Assembly: GCF_902713615.1 (NCBI RefSeq)
Contig: NC_052155.1
Span: forward strand, 103,771,103 to 103,835,102
DNA: 64,000 nt
Reading direction: 5' to 3'
Source: Scyliorhinus canicula
Lineage: Eukaryota
Part shown: positions 57,823 to 64,000 of the stretch, piece by piece
Position numbering within the stretch: the first letter of the stretch is position 1
How the letters are laid out: the number at the start of each line of letters is the position of its first letter
The notes under the pieces: model-generated
Told to the model about the DNA's origin: nothing
The model's database searches: none
Seen by the model: the letters and a program-made list of their open reading frames with translations, nothing else
Program-made: the position numbers and the translations under genes

Positions 57823-58482
57823 GCAACTTCCCTCCCAAAATACCCTTCCATTTACACAAAGATCTCGATGCCTCAGTCTCAGTAAATTCACTAGTAAGAA
57901 GTCTTACAACACCAGTAAATTCACTGTCTGATATCATAAGGAGCTATAAAAACCCTTTTGTGCTGAATTAGCTGATTTTAACTAGGGCAACAGTCATGAT
58001 GTTGCAACTAGCTTCATTATACCTAAGCTAGGGAAAAAAATCAGCAAAGGTTTTGATTCCCGGTCCTTATCCCTTGTCCCTCGCTGGTAACTTTACATAT
58101 TATTCCCCCTCTTCAGCATTTGGCACAGTTCATCGTTCATCCACCTTCAGAGACCACTCTTACCCAATTTCATGTCTACAAGGTCCAATTGAATCAACAT
58201 ATCTTCAGAAATGGCTTCTCTTCCCACCGTCAAAGTCAGTTATTGTACAAATTCAGGTGACGCCCCGATGTACCGCTTCGGTTCCACAATGATGTGCTGT
58301 CAAACCGATGATCTGAACCACTCATGAAACTGTCAAACATTCCAGTACAATTCTGAGAGAGAAAACACAGGCCATCTTGTTTTAGTTCCTTCCAAAATCT
58401 CCATATACTTACTTGCCATTCCCAATCTGCCCATTCAAGCTGAAACAGACAGTGTGAATTTTTAGTGACCTGCTTAACGATA

Positions 58483-58838
58483 GGCAGCACGGTAGCATTG
58501 TGGATAGCACAAATGCTTCACAGCTCCAGGGTCCCAGGTTCGATTCCGGCTTGGGTCACTGTCTGTGCGGAGTCTGCACATCCTCCCCGTTTGTGCGTGG
58601 GTTTCCTCCGGGTGCTCCGGTTTCCTCCCACAGTCCAAAGATGTGCAGGTTAGGTGGATTGGCCATGATAAATTGCCCTTAGTGTCCAAAATTGCCCTTA
58701 GTGTTGTGTGGATTTACTGGGTTATGGGGATAGGGTGGAGGTGTTGACCTTGGGTAGGGTGCTCTTTCCAAGAGCCGGTGCAGTCTCGATGGGCCGAATG
58801 GCCTCCTTCTGCACTGTAAATTCTATGATAATCTATGA
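58483..58838 (+). mobile_element. Full HE1-like V-SINE
   Basis: Complete head, V-domain and tail. Flanks CTTAACGATAGG / CTTAAGTATAGG look like a TSD. Confidence 0.93.
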
Positions 58839-58963
58839 AACCTTAAGTATAGGTCTAGCCACTATTCTCCAATCTTCACTGCATTGCCTGACTTAGTCCC
58901 TACATTACTGTTGTATCACTGAAGGCAAATTCCTTACTATTCCAGTTTCCCATTCTTTCCTAT

Positions 58964-60017
58964 GGGCGCGATCTAACCAAATGGTATCTATGTCCCATAG
59001 CGAGTGCGTTTAGCTGCGTGTTTCCAGGCGCTCATGACTCCGGATAGATACAGGGCCTAAGCAGGGAAAGCCCCAATGAGGCCGCACTTAGCACCCTTTT
59101 TCTGCACAGAGGCACTCCGCTTATCCGAATTCCAGTGTAGTGACAGATCAGGATGCCATCAAGTCTCCTACATGACCCCCAAACCCCAATAAGGGGGGTT
59201 CCCCAGGCCCCCCCCATCCCTTCCACCTCAGCCCTGATGACCGCCATGGGAAAAATAGTAGCCTGGCACCACCACTGCTAGCACCACCTAAGCACCTGGG
59301 GCGGCACAATAGCATAGTGGTTAGCACTGTTGCTTCACAGCACCAGGGTCCCTGGTTCGATTCCTGGCTTGGGTCACTGTCTGCGTGGAGTCTGCATGTT
59401 CTCCCCGCGTCCACGTGGGTTTTCTTCAGGTGCTCCGGTTTATTCCACAAGTCCCAAAAGATGTGTTTGTTAGGTGAATTGGACATTCTGAATTCTCCCT
59501 CAGTGTACCCAAAGGTGCCAGTATGTAGCGACTATGGGATTTTCACAGTAACTTCATTGCAGCATTAATGTAGGCCTACTTGTGACAATAAGAAAGATTA
59601 TTATAATGGCAGTGCCAGGGTTCCCAGGTGGCACCAGTAGTGATAGGGTACCACACTGTCTAGATCTCCAATCCCCAGGAGACCCCCACAAATGCCATTC
59701 TACCTGGTTCCCATTTGTGGAGACCAATACTGAACAGTGCTCACCCAAGGTCTCCAGGGTAAGGGAGTTAGATCCCACAACTTGGTTAGATCTCAGGAAT
59801 GCATATTACAGTGAGAATAGCTGTCTCACTCTAAAATGCAGATTTTCTAAAAGGTGATCCCACCCACAATGGGTGGACGTCTCGCCGGATAGTGTTAGAT
59901 CTTCTGAGGCATGGAGAGAAAGGTAGAACCTGGGAGTGGGTTCTCCTGGCATTTCCCGGCCACACTGCACCGCGGTGCACTGCTTTTTGGGCACAGTGTG
60001 GCCGGTAGATCGCGCCC
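58964..60017. mobile_element. Complete Harbinger-type MITE, TAT TSD
   Basis: GGGCGCGATCTA ... TAGATCGCGCCC perfect 12-bp TIR, with TAT on both sides. Confidence 0.92.
59298..59606 (+). mobile_element. V-SINE carrying the family-B tail, nested in the MITE
   Basis: HE1-like head and V-domain, followed by ttttcacagtaacttcattgcag..gcctacttgtgacaataa..(TTA)n. Confidence 0.85.
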
Positions 60018-61261
60018 TATATAACCATCAGCTTGTTTAAAATTCTTCCATTTGCTGTATAAGTGCTGTTCTCCTACCACTGCTATACTTGTTGACTGCT
60101 ATTCGTGCCTTTCGTGGCCCAAGTCCACCACTGTCAGAAATTTTCTTCTTGCTTGCATCCACAGCCTCAACCCACCTTTCTGTACAATCTTTACCAAACC
60201 TACATCTCAATCTGTGCTTTACAGTATCCACCTGATGACAGAGCTTTCAGCCGACCCGGATCTCCCTGCAGCTGATGCAGATAATAAGAAAATAAAAATA
60301 AACTTATTCACTTGCTAATTCTCTTGTCCCATTTTTAAAAATCACTGAACCTCCTGATGGGACAACCAAAACTCTCTGGAGGATTGATCGAGTTCCCTAA
60401 TTAGAAACACCTTTGGAAGCTATTAGGTGAGAATTGGAGTCAGTCAGCAACTCCAGATCCTCACCGGGTAATGGGGATAAAATTGCTCCCTCGACACTGG
60501 CTTGATTGTTATCTCTGTGTCAGTGAATAAGTTTTAAGTGAGTCAAAACCTTATCCATATATCGTTGAAGAATAGTGTATGTCGGATGGTGAGGGTGCTC
60601 AGTTTGTGTGAGCAACTTCAAGAGAGGAGAGGAAAAGTTCGGCAAGATATGATTACGCTCAACATAACCATGAAAATACAATGATCTTAGGAGAGGGCAA
60701 CGATTCTTATTAAAGATAATGCATTGGAGCACATTAAAAATAAAATAATGAGAGTACCTGACAAGACAGTGTTTCATCAATTTAGTGTGTGTACATTATT
60801 TGCATTTCTCTTGTGATGATGAACTTTGTAAAATTCTCATTTAAAGTTATGCGTCATCTATATTGACAGATATTTTTGAATAACAAACGCTCATTAATGC
60901 TTGGGTCTGTGGACTAAATTCATTGTAACCTTTGGATGCAATAATGAGTTCTATTCTTCAATGCTTTAATTTGCTCCAGGTTTACCTGAAGCTAATGCCC
61001 TAATTTGCTCAGTAAAAAGCCAAAGAATTTATCGTCAGATAACTCAAATGCTATTTAAGTTGCTAATTGAATACACAATATTCACCTAAAGCGATGTGAT
61101 GTAGCCCACTACTGTACTCAAGTTTTAATGATAAATTCCATCAAAGCAACAATTTCTCTTTATTTAAGTTCATTACAAAACAACTAAAAGAAAGTGCACA
61201 CAGTTCCCATCAGTAAAGTTTGCATAAATCCTTTCTAGATTTGTTTGAAAGATGTAAAGTC

Positions 61262-62285
61262 GTTTATTTCTTTTATTTTATTGTCAGCATCGCTGGCTGG
61301 CTCTAACTGCCCTCCATTTCAGAGAGCATTTGAGAGTCAACCACACGACAGTGAATCTAGAGTCACATGTAAACCAGACCAGGTAAGGATGGCAGATTTC
61401 CTTCCCTCAAGAATATTAGTGCACCAAAGAACAATATAGCACAGGAACAGGCCCTTCGGCCCTCCAAGCCTGCCCCGACCATGGTACCTGCTGAAACTAA
61501 AACCGCCTGCACTTACGGAGTCCGTATCCTTCCATTCCAAGCCTATTCATATATTTGTCTAGATGCTCCTTAAATGCCGCTATTGTACCTGCTCCCACCA
61601 ACTCTCCAGACAGCGCGTTCCATATATTTACCACCCTCTGTGTTAAAAAGGTGCCTCGCACATCTGTTCTAAACTTTTCCCCACACACTTTAAATCTATG
61701 TCCCCTAGAATCTGACTCTCCTACCCTAGGAAAGAGCATCTGACTATCCACTCTGTCCATGCCACTCATAATCTTGTAGACCTCTATCAGGTTGCCTCTC
61801 CACCTCCGTCATTCCAGTGAGAACAGACCGAGTTCATCTAACCTATCCTCACAGCTAATGCCCCCCATAACAGGCAACATCCTAGTAAACCGCTTCTGCA
61901 CTCTCTCCAAAGCATCCACATCCTTCTGCTGGTGTGGCGACCAGAATTGTATTCAATAATCCAAATGAGGCCTAACTAAGGTCCTGTACAGCTGCAACAT
62001 GACTTGCCAATTTTTGTATTCAATGCCCCGACCGATGAAGGCCAGCATGCCATATGCCTTCTTGACCACCTTATCCACAGGTGTTGCCACTTTCAGTGAT
62101 CGGTGGACATGCACGCCCAGATATCTCTGCCTGTCAGTACTCGCAAGAGTTTTACCAGATGGGATTTTAAAGATAATTATTTCATGGTCACCATTAGACT
62201 TTTAATTCCACATTTTTATTGAATTCAAATATCACCATGATGGGATTTGAACCCAGGTGACAATGCCACTACACCACTGCCTCCT
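61262..62285 (-). mobile_element. Deu-domain SINE split by a CR1 insertion
   Basis: 3' half at 61262-61427 and 5' half at 62155-62285. ACCARA appears duplicated at the junctions. Confidence 0.75.
61428..62154 (-). mobile_element. CR1 LINE 3' end
   Basis: SRGHRFKV..FRTDVRGTFLTQRVVNIWNAL..FKEHLDKYM, then a ggccgaagggcctgttcctgtgct tail. Confidence 0.92.
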
Positions 62286-63079
62286 CAGCATTTCCCAAGG
62301 TATCTTGGAATAATCGTTGACAATGGTTAGCTGCCATTTTATTGACCTCACCTTTACTAACGGAATCAGTTAGAAAATAGACAGAGATTTCTCATCTGGC
62401 ATTGGTATTTCAGAGGCTGGGGCATAAGTGTGATTAAATTTGTCAGGCAGCTCATAGTTTCTGATGTCTAAATGCAAGAATGCAGCATTTCGTTGGCACC
62501 AGCCTTATGGCAAACAGACCATTCCGCGAATGAAAAGACCTGTAAACTGGCCTTTCAAAATACCACAAGGAAGAAATTGGGCTTGTTTGTGCCTATTTTC
62601 TGGTTAGCATGAGTGCCTTAATGGTGTCTGCAGCATGTCTGCACTTGTAAGGAAAATGGCGTCAGATGCTATATTGTTGAGGGCATAAATGTGTGGGAAA
62701 ACAATGTTCAATGGTAATACACAGAGCAAGCAGACCATGATGTCAATCAGTGTACTTATCACTCCAGTAAACACCCTTCTAACCTCGCAAATCAGAATAT
62801 CCATCCAGCAGCAGGAAGGACCTCCCCAACAGCACTATTTAATAGAATCATCGACTATTTACAGGTTAGTTACTGATTGATTTATTTGACTGTAGTTTTG
62901 ATTCCATAAATGTTTGATACTTTTATAGTTGTGTAAAGTGAAAAGATTGACAGGAAATGGATGGCTGGTGCTGAAGGAGATTCTGCTGACTTTAAGGCTT
63001 CTGTCGAACTGGTTGCTTTCCGATTTGGGTGCACCAGTAGGCATTCCCCTCAGAGAACAGCATACTATGGTAAGATGAT

Positions 63080-63778
63080 AGAAGGCACAAAGAGCAGGGC
63101 AAGCTGCTGGAAGAGGGAGGAAGAGGGAAAGAAAGGCATTTTGAATGTGATTGAGGAGCAATGCTCAAATGGAAAAGTCAGTGAGGTGTACTCACTGAAA
63201 TCTGCAACCTGCTGTAGCCACAACTGTGACCTGAGAGCAGGGGAAGGACTGTACTGAAGGTAACCCTTGCCGTGAACCAATAAGCATCTGGCTCCTTCCA
63301 GGCTAGAACTAGAGAAAGTTGAAACATCTCACAGTTTGCCATCCACTGTTGCATAATGGATCTCATTGAGGCTCTCTATATATTGTAAGCTAACTACATT
63401 TACCTTTTTGTCTTGTCAGATAGAAGCAGGTAGAGCAGGAATGTGGTTTTGCTGGTATTGCAGTCTTTCCCATGGCTCAGGGTGCCATTGACTGCATGCA
63501 CTGTACATCAACTCTGCCCCATACTGGAACCGTGTGGGATTCCATTCCCTCAATGTTCAGCTGGTGTGTGACTATAGGCAGCCAATCATGCAGATCAATG
63601 CCTGGTATCCTGGGGGCACTCATGATGCCTTCATTCTATGGCATTCCTTTGTGCCGTCTGTATTTGAGCCACCATGGCAAACCAAAGGCTGGCCACTGGG
63701 CATTATGTACTAACTGCTGATGAAGTAAATGATGACTCTTGTGCTCAACCCACAACACAACATTCAGATAATAAAAAC
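63080..63778 (+). pseudogene. Harbinger transposase remnant (DDE_Tnp_4)
   Basis: GFAGIAVFPMAQGAIDCMH and GFHSLNVQLVCDYRQPIMQINAWYPGGTHDAFIL. Confidence 0.88.
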
Positions 63779-63781
63779 CAT

Positions 63782-63969
63782 GGGCTGGATTCTCCGTTGG
63801 TGGAATTCTCCATTGTGCCAGCAGTGCACCCACGTCTGTGGATCTCCTGGCAGCACTGGGTGGCCACAATGGGAAATCCCATTAACAGGTGGTGGGAACG
63901 GAGAATCCCGCTGCTGGCGAGGGTGCACTGCCCAAGAAAACATGACTGATGGGCTGGAAAATCCTGCAC
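63782..63969. mobile_element. Small (188-bp) Harbinger-type MITE, CAT TSD
   Basis: GGGCTGGATTCTCC ... GGAAAATCCTGCAC, with CAT at 63779-63781 and 63970-63972. Confidence 0.8.
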
Positions 63970-64000
63970 CATGATACTGCAGAAAATGTGAGAGTGCAGA

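Larger units (their letters stand above)
62380..64000 (+). mobile_element. Decayed autonomous PIF/Harbinger element (runs off the window)
   Basis: Left end and subterminal blocks match 39424. A transposase remnant follows. Confidence 0.7.

Noticed and set aside
63080-63778. Domesticated HARBI1 gene
   Set aside because: Frameshifts, stops, a MITE insertion and related decayed copies in the window indicate dead transposons.

Overview
This is vertebrate nuclear DNA, very likely from a cartilaginous fish (catshark/Scyliorhinus-like, inferred from the HE1/V-SINE, Deu-domain SacSINE1-like, CR1 and L1 repeat repertoire). It reads as a transposon-dense intron or gene desert, and I recognise no intact host protein-coding gene. 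Contents: three L1-clade LINEs, one full length with TSD; CR1 fragments; a Gmr1-type Gypsy element (PR-INT-RT order, no RNase H); a pol-less gag-only LTR element with a repeat-rich acidic ORF; several solo or deleted LTRs with TSDs; decayed PIF/Harbinger elements and MITEs; about 25 SINEs; and AT-rich repeat-free islands that may be conserved non-coding elements. The most interesting object is a LINE at 21976-24859 (-). Its 5' end is a tRNA-derived Pol III head plus Deu domain joined directly to a single EN-RT ORF. Its coding strand has no TTTT terminator over about 2.5 kb, and it shares both ends with a free SINE in the window. It is therefore a candidate Pol III-driven, SINE-headed autonomous retroposon. 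All family assignments come from motif recognition, not database searches.
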